A DNA stretch of 56,168 nt, taken from the IMG/VR virus record IMGVR_UViG_3300044699_000054, positions 64,001-120,168 of that record; one strand, 5' to 3'. Below the pieces are notes generated by a model, which was not told the DNA's origin, did not search any database, and was given only the letters and a program-made list of their open reading frames with translations. Position 1 is the stretch's first letter; each line of letters opens with the position of its first letter. A program made the position numbers and the translations under genes. This document shows positions 25,295 through 33,127 of the stretch, in pieces. Origin of the DNA: a virus (lineage: Duplodnaviria; Heunggongvirae; Uroviricota; Caudoviricetes).

Positions 25295-26728
25295 CTAAAA
25301 GCCATAACTAGCCGCGTCTTCCCAAAGTGATTGCAACGTTGGGGAAAGAACGTCACGTGGACTTGCGATACGGACCTCTTTCTTTTCACCGTCCATTAAG
25401 AAACGGCAAGCGTGGACTAGCGCATCCAGCCGGTCCGGTGATTCATTTCGGCCCCAGTTGACGAAGGTCACCATCTGATCTTCGAGCTTCTGCATGCGGC
25501 CCACCATGTGCAGCCGACCTTGCTCACAGCGCATTGCCACTGGCTCGCCACGGGTACGCTTCCCTATCTTCGTGTCCACGCGAACGAACGGCGGCCTGGT
25601 ATCTGTGTGGAACATTCCCTGACCAACAAGCTCGAAGTAAGCGTCATTGAATACCTCGTGCATCCAGCGCTTACCTAGGTTCTCTTCACAGATCAACTTG
25701 TCAGCACCGAACTCGGCAACAACTCGCCAAGCCTCCAGTGCCGCCTCACGGCCAACGGCCATGATTGAACGGTCTGCTAGTACGTACATGTGCTTGTTGC
25801 GGTCTCGGCACACGACGACGATCCCCATCTCGTCGTCCTCACCGGTAAGGCTTGGGTCTACGCCGACAACGGTGGCCACAATGTCATCAGGAAGGTCATC
25901 GACGCGGTTGTCCTCGATGTCAATGCGTGAGAACAAGGCACCGTCAAATGCTTCGATGATTTCGCCATACAGCTCCTGGCGGCCGATAGCTGTTCCCTCG
26001 TACCGGCGACGTAGCTCAGCGATAACTAAGCTGGACAGATTGGCGGCATTGTCGAATGTGGACCCGCGAATGACGTGCACGGTGCCGTCGTCTCGACTGA
26101 CCCATTCCTGCAGGATGTCAATCGGCTTCGGGGTTGTGGTAACGAATGCCCGTGGGTGATCTCCCATGAGGTCGGCCCGGAGGCTGGGCATGATTCCCTC
26201 GTACCAGGCTCGCCGTGGGTACTTCCACTTTCCTATCTCATCGAGCCATGCACCTGAAGAGTTGTAACCACGACCGACGTCCGGGTCGTCAGCGCCCTCG
26301 GTGTAAATCTTGGATCCGGATGGGAACAACACCATCGGACGCGGGGACATCTTGTATCGATGCCTGATCTTCCTACGATCCAGCACCTGCAGGATTCCGG
26401 CCGGTCCCTCCATGCAGATGGTTCGAGCATCCGAGAGTGTTTCCGCGATCACGAGCCATTCAGTGGGTGTGCCACGACTGTCGTACGGATGCTTGATCGC
26501 TCGTTCCACGATCCACTCACTGCCGCTACGGCTCTTCCCGTACCCGCGTCCGGCTAGCGCCAGGCACACGAACCAGTCGCCGTCAGGTGGGATCTGCTCT
26601 GGTCGAGCAACCCACCACCACTCACCTCGCAGGATCTCGTTGATGATGTACTCAGGCTGCTGTGCCAGCCACGCTTGGCGCTGGTCGACGGGTAGAAGGG
26701 CCACCCGATCCTGGAGAGATAGCCCCAT
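25295..26728 (-). CDS. terL: Terminase large subunit
   Basis: Walker A AGRGYGKS, WLDE, TTTPKP, RQELYGE, VGVDP, SPDRLDA. Confidence 0.95.
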   Translation of the reverse strand: MGLSLQDRVALLPVDQRQAWLAQQPEYIINEILRGEWWWVARPEQIPPDGDWFVCLALAGRGYGKSRSGSEWIVERAIKHPYDSRGTPTEWLVIAETLSDARTICMEGPAGILQVLDRRKIRHRYKMSPRPMVLFPSGSKIYTEGADDPDVGRGYNSSGAWLDEIGKWKYPRRAWYEGIMPSLRADLMGDHPRAFVTTTPKPIDILQEWVSRDDGTVHVIRGSTFDNAANLSSLVIAELRRRYEGTAIGRQELYGEIIEAFDGALFSRIDIEDNRVDDLPDDIVATVVGVDPSLTGEDDEMGIVVVCRDRNKHMYVLADRSIMAVGREAALEAWRVVAEFGADKLICEENLGKRWMHEVFNDAYFELVGQGMFHTDTRPPFVRVDTKIGKRTRGEPVAMRCEQGRLHMVGRMQKLEDQMVTFVNWGRNESPDRLDALVHACRFLMDGEKKEVRIASPRDVLSPTLQSLWEDAASYGF

Positions 26729-26803
26729 AAAAGTTGATGCTACAACAAATGTCCCGTTGCCTTGATCACCGGTACCAGGGTTTTTTCATACCCCACTAGA
26801 GAC

Positions 26804-26831
26804 TTGACACCCGTACGTGGGGGTGTACAAT
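26804..26831 (+). promoter_or_regulatory. Promoter TTGACA-16-TACAAT with CCCGTACGTGGGGG in the spacer
   Basis: Read directly from sequence. Confidence 0.7.
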
Positions 26832-27053
26832 CGATCTCAGGACAACTGCACAGAGAGAGATGCGTACGCACTCAGGTGCTACGCTGCGAGTGGAAGTCAG
26901 AGCTGCCGAGCTGTTCCTCCCCAGGCTCAACTTGAGCGCCTACTTCCACTGCCCTAACTCAAGAGGAGCAATCCTTTTGGGCGGACCGTACCGGCTGGCT
27001 CCCTCCGGTGGGCAACAGGGAGCCGCATTCGTCTCCTGGTAAAACAGGAGCAA

Positions 27054-27125
27054 GGACGCATAGCTCAATGGGAGAGCACGCGGTTTACACCCGCGAGGCT
27101 CCAGGTTCGAGTCCTGGTGTGTCCA
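27054..27125 (+). tRNA. trnV: tRNA-Val(TAC)
   Basis: CGCGG-TTTACAC-CCGCG. Confidence 0.9.
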
Positions 27126-27133
27126 CGCCAGAA

Positions 27134-27298
27134 GGCGCAACAGGGGACAGCGTCTCGTCACTGCTAACTAGGCCAGTTGGCTGGCAACTCCCCGAGCTAG
27201 CTTCGCTGCTCACGCAGTGGACCTAGTGGAGGAAAGTGACACAGGACCGAAGGACCGCAAAAGGGTACCCCGGAACACCCGGTCCGCCTGTCCCCGCC
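27134..27298 (+). ncRNA. Candidate ~165-nt multi-helix RNA
   Basis: Nested stems GGGGACAG/CTGTCCCC, GTCACT/AGTGAC, ACTAGG/CCTAGT, GGACCG/CGGTCC. Confidence 0.45.
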
Positions 27299-27327
27299 TT
27301 ACATCTTCCTGGAGAGAAGAGACCATC

Positions 27328-27876
27328 ATGATCACCAACCAGGAACTTGCCTGGATGGCGGGGATTGTGGACCTGAAGGGTCGCATCACCTACAAGCGCC
27401 CGAAGAGTCGCAGCACGCCACAGATCACGTTGACGGTGAACTCCACCATGATCCCGGTGGTCGAGCGGATGTGCCGGTTGACCGGTACCACGCCAGAGAT
27501 CCACACGATGCGGCCGTTGAGCGAGACTATCCGGCGTGGGTGCATCGAGCATTGCCCAGAGCAACACATCCATGTCAGTGCGGATGGGCTCAGTCCCTAC
27601 GCGTTGAAGTGGACCGTTAGTGGATCATCACTACTTGTGGTGGTCCACAATTTGCGTCCGTACCTGGTTATTGATCAGGGGTACGGTCCAGCTGAAGACG
27701 AGATCAAGAGTGCGCTACCACTAGCCGGTCGCGGAGCACAGGCGATATTGACCAGCTGCAACAGGCTACGAAGCCTAGGTTGGCAACTGCCCGAGTTCCT
27801 GGAGCACGCTCTTGACAAGCATCTGACCCGTGCATTGGCAGCAACTGAGCATGAAGGAGAAGGTAATGGCAATTGA
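27328..27876 (+). CDS. LAGLIDADG-fold protein (degenerate homing-endonuclease-like)
   Basis: ELAWMAGIVDLKGRI...TLTVN.T..PVVER.C...W.VSG...HNLRPYLV. Confidence 0.65.
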   Translation: MITNQELAWMAGIVDLKGRITYKRPKSRSTPQITLTVNSTMIPVVERMCRLTGTTPEIHTMRPLSETIRRGCIEHCPEQHIHVSADGLSPYALKWTVSGSSLLVVVHNLRPYLVIDQGYGPAEDEIKSALPLAGRGAQAILTSCNRLRSLGWQLPEFLEHALDKHLTRALAATEHEGEGNGN

Positions 27877-28123
27877 TCGCAAGTACGGCCATGTCACTAC
27901 GGAGCACGGAACCATCGGTGAGGATGAACCAGTCGTTGTGTTCCGCGCCCAGGACAAGCTCCTGCCAAAGCTTCTGAAGATCTACCGGTTCCTATGCGAG
28001 CTGGCCGGCTCGCCAGAGCATCACCTTGCTGCTATTGACGATGCAACAAGGGATGTTAACGCATGGCAGCTTGCACACGGTTCCAAGGTACGGGTACCTA
28101 CCAGCGATTCACTATCCGCATGA
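27866..28123 (+). CDS. Hypothetical protein
   Basis: GAAGGAG RBS; EPVVVFRAQD motif. Confidence 0.6.
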   Translation: MAIDRKYGHVTTEHGTIGEDEPVVVFRAQDKLLPKLLKIYRFLCELAGSPEHHLAAIDDATRDVNAWQLAHGSKVRVPTSDSLSA

Positions 28124-28590
28124 CTTACGACAGTCGAGCAGAAACCCTGCAGCACAGCCAACGCGTCGGTGAACTCATGGTGCAGTTGGCCAAGGAAATA
28201 CTTGACCGTTCAACTTGTCATGATCGAAGCAAGACTGAGCCGCCCGAGCTGGACATATTCAATGAGTTCACGCCGAAGCTGAAGGACACTACATACGGGT
28301 CCGAGGAGTACAAGGGCTACTTAGCAGCCATGGGTGATGGGCTCCGGCATCACTACGATCACAACCGCCATCATCCGGAGCACTTCTCAGACGGCGTCAA
28401 CGGGATGACACTTGTTGATCTCATCGAGATGCTGGCTGACTGGAAAGCAGCCACTGAACGTCATGCCGACGGGAATCTGGGAAAGAGCCTTGTCATTCAA
28501 CAGAGCCGCTTTAACCTGTCTGCGCAGCTGGCGGACATCCTGTGGAACACGGCAACTGATGCTGGTTGGCTGGCCGCCAAGGAGGGATGA
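28120..28590 (+). CDS. HD-like metal-binding protein (DUF5662-like)
   Basis: HDRSK, HHY..NRHHPEH, DLIEMLADW. Confidence 0.75.
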   Translation: MTYDSRAETLQHSQRVGELMVQLAKEILDRSTCHDRSKTEPPELDIFNEFTPKLKDTTYGSEEYKGYLAAMGDGLRHHYDHNRHHPEHFSDGVNGMTLVDLIEMLADWKAATERHADGNLGKSLVIQQSRFNLSAQLADILWNTATDAGWLAAKEG

Positions 28591-28802
28591 GGGTGGCTGA
28601 GATTACCTGGCCATGGCTGGTGCTCTGGCTGCTTTCCTTCAGTGCCCTTGGCTTCGGCATTGGGTGGGCATTCAAGGGTTTGACCGTGGAATACCGCGAG
28701 TGCCGCTGGTGCGACAAACCCACAATCACACCGAACGCTGACTACTGTCGTCAACACTCCATCGAGTTGCAGGAACGACTTCGCAACGAAGGGAGAAGCT
28801 GA
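28587..28802 (+). CDS. Small membrane protein with CxxC
   Basis: TM segment followed by CRWC. Confidence 0.55.
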   Translation: MRVAEITWPWLVLWLLSFSALGFGIGWAFKGLTVEYRECRWCDKPTITPNADYCRQHSIELQERLRNEGRS

Positions 28803-28975
28803 TGGCACACGGCTACACGAAGCATGGCCATCCGTGCTGTGGGAAAGCCAAGGTTGGTGATCGCCCGCCACTCGTCGCTCGATGTGGAGGCAGCGCAATC
28901 TGCGCTATCTGTGCCTTAGAGGCCGCTCAGAGGCACAAGACGAAGAAGACCCGTACCGGAAGCACACCCCCATAA
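28802..28975 (+). CDS. 57-aa Cys/His-rich peptide
   Basis: Hand translation; stop/start overlap. Confidence 0.4.
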   Translation: MAHGYTKHGHPCCGKAKVGDRPPLVARCGGSAICAICALEAAQRHKTKKTRTGSTPP

Positions 28976-28982
28976 CCGGTAC

Positions 28983-29012
28983 TTGACACAGGGGTACATC
29001 CTCCTGTAGGCT
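28983..29012 (+). promoter_or_regulatory. Promoter TTGACA-18-TAGGCT
   Basis: Read directly; spacer contains GGGGTACATCC. Confidence 0.65.
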
Positions 29013-29044
29013 CATACCTGGAGAGAGTAGAAAGGGATCAGACG

Positions 29045-30022
29045 GTGACCACACCCACACTTCCAATCAAGGACATCTTGGCAGCAAACCCAAGCTGGAT
29101 CCGTAACGATCTCGGCTCACTGAGGGACCTGGAAGCTAGCGTCCGACAGCAAGGCATGCTGCTTCCAATCCTCCTGGCATCGGACTTCAGGATGCTTGAC
29201 GGAGCCCGTCGTGTTGCAGTAGCCCAGCGACTGAGATGGAAAGAAGTTCCCGTCAAAGTGACTGATGACTGGGACCAGATTGTCGCGTACTACAAGCGCG
29301 CCAATGAACCAAAGATGTTGCCTGAACTTCGACTGCCGATGCGCTGGGGCGAGTTGGATTGGCTCTGGTCAAACGTACTCAAGCCAGCACACGAAATTAA
29401 AAGGCGAAGTCAGATGGGCGTCATTCGCCGCGCCAACATCAAGAGGCGAGCCAAGGGCGAAGACACCAGCAGAATCAGCCCGTACACCGGGTACACGCAT
29501 GATCTCGCTGAGATGTTCCAATGTGCACCGTCCGACATAAAGACGCTGCGTGATACATACCGGGCTATCGGCCTGATGCGTGAGACACACCCCGCGTACG
29601 TAGAGAAGCTCATGACATTGATCAGTGAGCACGAAACGTTCCTGGGTATCACGTACGTCAGCAAGTTACGACGTGGCGTCAGAGCAGTCCTCAATGGGGA
29701 CGTAAGTCCTGAACAAGCACTGGTGACGTTGAAACGGTCGCTAGCGAGCCCAAAGCAGGTCCGGCCCCGAGGAGATTCTCCAAGCACCAGGTACCTGTCC
29801 TTTCCTGATGAAAGGCAGCCCACGATCTCACTACAAGCTGTGCGCAACCTCGCACAGATGCTGGAGCAACTTAGTTGGGAGGCAGCTAACTTCAGGAATT
29901 TCGAGGACCCCACCGAAGAGTTCGTTACCGAAATTGGCAAGCAGATCAAAGATGCAGTCCTGCGTATTCAATCGATGCGCAGGAAGCTGGAACACTCACT
30001 AGATCCTGGAGAAAGTAAATGA
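29045..30022 (+). CDS. ParB/Srx-like N-terminal domain protein
   Basis: R.DLGSL.DLE.SVRQQGMLLPILL...MLDGARR. Confidence 0.75.
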   Translation: MTTPTLPIKDILAANPSWIRNDLGSLRDLEASVRQQGMLLPILLASDFRMLDGARRVAVAQRLRWKEVPVKVTDDWDQIVAYYKRANEPKMLPELRLPMRWGELDWLWSNVLKPAHEIKRRSQMGVIRRANIKRRAKGEDTSRISPYTGYTHDLAEMFQCAPSDIKTLRDTYRAIGLMRETHPAYVEKLMTLISEHETFLGITYVSKLRRGVRAVLNGDVSPEQALVTLKRSLASPKQVRPRGDSPSTRYLSFPDERQPTISLQAVRNLAQMLEQLSWEAANFRNFEDPTEEFVTEIGKQIKDAVLRIQSMRRKLEHSLDPGESK

Positions 30023-30978
30023 CTCGGCATGTCAGCAACATGAAGTCCCAACTCAGCAAAGCCGCTACCGCAGAAGAAGTGGCGCGAGAAGTCGCAGAAG
30101 CCACCAGCAACCCAGACCACCGTGTGGTTCTGGAGTGGGTCAGCCCCAAAGAGATGCTGGTCGACCCTGAAATCCAGCGCGACGAGCAGGTGCGCGAGGT
30201 AACCAGGATCATTGCCAAGTTCAATCCGAACGCACTTGGCACTGTCATCCTGTCCGCTCGCTATGACAGCCAAGGACGGCGACGGCTGTACCTCATCGAC
30301 GGTCTTCAGCGCAAGACCGTCGTGGACAAGCTCGGGCGCAAGGACGACATGCGCGCACTCGTGCACTACGGCCTGACCGTCGAGGAAGAGGCTGAGCTGT
30401 TCCTGACCTACAACTTCCGGCAGGCAGTAAATGCCTGGGACCAGTTCAAGGCCCGCCGTCGCGCGCACGAGCAGCAGGCGCTGGACATCTGGAACATGCT
30501 CAACACCCTCGGTATCCCCACCCACGGTTCCAAGGGCTTCCAAGCCATTGGTACTGCGGACAAGATCTACTCCCAGAAGGACGGTCCTGCGCGGCTGTTC
30601 TGGGCACTGAAGATGGTCCGCGACATCTACGACCCGCTGGGTGAGGCCGGCTGCTACGACGGCCGCGTCATCGAGGCGTTCTCCATGCTCTACGCCCACT
30701 ACGGACCTCGGTTCATTGACGAGGGCAACCTCAAGGGCAAGCTGCTGAGCATGGGCGGCGGCTGGAAGGGGCTGATCGGAGCCGGTCAGACCAACAAGCA
30801 GGTCAACGGCGGCCACATCGCCACCGGTATTGCCAACGCCATCATCAACGTCTACAACAAGTCCAAGCGTTCGGACTCAAAGCGCAGCACCCGGCTGCCG
30901 AATATCGGCACCGGTCGGCGGTCAGTCCGCCGTGGCACGGAGGCACTGGCTACGGCTGACGTCGACACCGACGAGTAG
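30019..30978 (+). CDS. ParB-like (DGQHR/DUF6551-type) protein
   Basis: VDPEIQRD...FNPNALGTVILSAR...IDGLQR...EEAELF. Confidence 0.7.
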   Translation: MTRHVSNMKSQLSKAATAEEVAREVAEATSNPDHRVVLEWVSPKEMLVDPEIQRDEQVREVTRIIAKFNPNALGTVILSARYDSQGRRRLYLIDGLQRKTVVDKLGRKDDMRALVHYGLTVEEEAELFLTYNFRQAVNAWDQFKARRRAHEQQALDIWNMLNTLGIPTHGSKGFQAIGTADKIYSQKDGPARLFWALKMVRDIYDPLGEAGCYDGRVIEAFSMLYAHYGPRFIDEGNLKGKLLSMGGGWKGLIGAGQTNKQVNGGHIATGIANAIINVYNKSKRSDSKRSTRLPNIGTGRRSVRRGTEALATADVDTDE

Positions 30979-31090
30979 CTTTCTCCGGGGATACAGGACC
31001 CGCTTCTACGCGCCGGTAGAAGCGGGTCCTGCCTTTTGTCGGTGGGTAGTAGTACCGTCCTGAGCACGCCAAGAAGGGGAGCGTGCCCAG

Positions 31091-31861
31091 TTGACCAGTG
31101 ACTTCGCCCAGCTCGGTCCGGACCCTGCCTCCATGGCACTGAAGCGCGAGCTGGCCGAGATCATCATGTGGAACGAGCAGACCTCTCCACGATCCCTGCA
31201 GAAGACAATCGGTCCCTCAGAGTTGGGTGACCCCTGCGACCGCCGGATTGCCTACCGGATCGCCGGTACAGCGCCCGTGAACATCTGGGCTGACCCGTGG
31301 CCTGCCATCGTTGGCACCGCCGTCCACAACTGGCTAGAGATAGCTCTGAACCGGTACCAGAAGGCGGTTGGTGATCGGGGCTGGCTCACTGAGCTACGGG
31401 TTCAGCCGGATCCCTTGGTCCACGGTCACAGCGACGTCTTCAACACCCGCTCGGGCACGGTCCTGGACTACAAGACCACGGGCACCGACAACATGCGCAA
31501 GCTGCAGCGTGGTGAACCCCCGAAGCCTGGCTACATCACTCAGGTCCATCTGTATGGGCTGGGACACGAGCGGGCTGGTCGCGAGGTCAACTACGTAGCC
31601 CTGATCTTCTTCCCGCGTGGTGGCTGGCTTGACGACAGTTTTGTCTGGCGGGCACCGTATGATCGCGCCATCGCAGAGGCTGCCCTGGAGCGGCTCTACA
31701 AGATAGGCTTCCAGCTCCTGGATCTGAACATCGAGAGTAACCCGCACCGGTTCCAGCTGATCGACGCTGCACCTGGGGACAGCTGCGTCTGGTGCCCGAT
31801 GTTCAACAAGGAACTGAATCATGATGTGGCGGCATCCGACCGAGGATGTCCCGGGAGGTAG
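31091..31861 (+). CDS. Cas4-like PD-(D/E)XK exonuclease
   Basis: PSELG.PC.R, GTAVH, GHSD, DYKT, QVHLY, C.WCP. Confidence 0.85.
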   Translation: MTSDFAQLGPDPASMALKRELAEIIMWNEQTSPRSLQKTIGPSELGDPCDRRIAYRIAGTAPVNIWADPWPAIVGTAVHNWLEIALNRYQKAVGDRGWLTELRVQPDPLVHGHSDVFNTRSGTVLDYKTTGTDNMRKLQRGEPPKPGYITQVHLYGLGHERAGREVNYVALIFFPRGGWLDDSFVWRAPYDRAIAEAALERLYKIGFQLLDLNIESNPHRFQLIDAAPGDSCVWCPMFNKELNHDVAASDRGCPGR

Positions 31862-31870
31862 GGAGAGAGT

Positions 31871-32098
31871 ATGAGTTCCTGGTACGACGATCTCCAGAGC
31901 GCCATGCGCCAGCGCGAGATCGCTCGCAACGGCGTCAAGCGTTGGGAGGCGAAGGTGGCAACAGCTGAGGGTGTCATCGCCAAGCTGCTTGCCGATGCTC
32001 CAGAGGCACCGGATGTCAAGGCACCGGGCGAAGAGGAAGCAGCTCCGGCTGCCTTGTTCTCGGAAATCCCAGCGGACTACGCCGATTCAGCGGAGTAA
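31871..32098 (+). CDS. Hypothetical protein
   Basis: GGGAGAG RBS. Confidence 0.55.
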   Translation: MSSWYDDLQSAMRQREIARNGVKRWEAKVATAEGVIAKLLADAPEAPDVKAPGEEEAAPAALFSEIPADYADSAE

Positions 32099-32104
32099 GG
32101 CATC

Positions 32105-32881
32105 ATGACCATTGATGATGAATATGGCCACCCAGTAGAAACTGGTGGTGAATTCGCACGGCCCGAGAAATTGTCCGGCCACCTTCTGATCATCTACCCC
32201 ATTGGATATGTTCAGCATATTCAAACCAGGTTCAGTCAACCGGGGAAACGATCAGATGCAATTTGTTGCGACATCGTGGATCTCGATGAGAACGATGAAT
32301 TCACAAATCGTCCGGGGAAGATCTACCGCAGCTCTAACCTGATGCAGAGCCAGCTCATCGTTGGCCTTCGACCCTTCATCGGGAAGAAGGTACTGGGACT
32401 CATTACCAGGGGCGTCGCCCGCAACGGAATGAACCCACCGTGGATCGTGACGGATATGTCGTCTGATCCAAAGTGCGTAGAAATAGCCCGTAGCTGGGCT
32501 GCCGGCAACCCGGACTTCTACCCGTCCACCTTCAGCCCAACGCCGCCACCAGTGGCAGCAGAGCCACCACCGTCACCGGTTCCAAGTAACCAGTACCAGC
32601 AACCAGCGCCGACATACCAACCACCGGCACCGGCCTACCATGCACCAGCTCCAGCTGCACCGGCTGTTAGCCCAACGCTACAGAGCATGAGCAGTGCAGC
32701 AGTTGAGGGTGCCGGTCGCTGGTTACCGGATCAGCCGCCAGCTCCAGCGCCACAGAGCGCGCCGGCACAGCCGCAGCAGTACACCACAGAAGAGCTGGAG
32801 ATGCTTCAGGCACTGAGGCTCGAACGTGAGCGCCGGGAGCGGGCAGCTCAGGCTCAGCAAGGAGATAACCCCCCGTTCTAA
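32105..32881 (+). CDS. ssDNA-binding protein
   Basis: Compact N-terminal domain, Pro/Gln/Ala linker, C-terminal DNPPF; position between exonuclease and primase. Confidence 0.65.
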   Translation: MTIDDEYGHPVETGGEFARPEKLSGHLLIIYPIGYVQHIQTRFSQPGKRSDAICCDIVDLDENDEFTNRPGKIYRSSNLMQSQLIVGLRPFIGKKVLGLITRGVARNGMNPPWIVTDMSSDPKCVEIARSWAAGNPDFYPSTFSPTPPPVAAEPPPSPVPSNQYQQPAPTYQPPAPAYHAPAPAAPAVSPTLQSMSSAAVEGAGRWLPDQPPAPAPQSAPAQPQQYTTEELEMLQALRLERERRERAAQAQQGDNPPF

Positions 32882-32890
32882 GGGAATACG

Positions 32891-32930
32891 AGAGGCCCCG
32901 TGCGCGGACGAGAACACATGCACGGGGCCT
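32891..32930 (+). terminator. Hairpin terminator
   Basis: GAGGCCCCGTGC/GCACGGGGCCTC. Confidence 0.65.
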
Positions 32931-33127
32931 CTACTACTCCTGGAGAGAGTGACCTCACTCTACCCTGCCTGAGCCTCTAGCGCATACACATGATCAAGGC
33001 TTACAGTCGTCACACCACACCAGGGGTTCCCAGCTTCCTAACAGCCTCGTGACCCCTGGGCTGTGTTTTGAGCAACCCCTGGGAGGCCGCTGTGACTGAT
33101 GCTGTGGCTGCCGGGGCCACCAGCAAC

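Noticed and set aside
9489-26799. CCCACTA motif upstream of three minus-strand late units (9489, 25290, 26791) as a late promoter
   Set aside because: Short, with inconsistent distance to the putative -10 boxes, and one copy overlaps the terL stop codon; could be chance.
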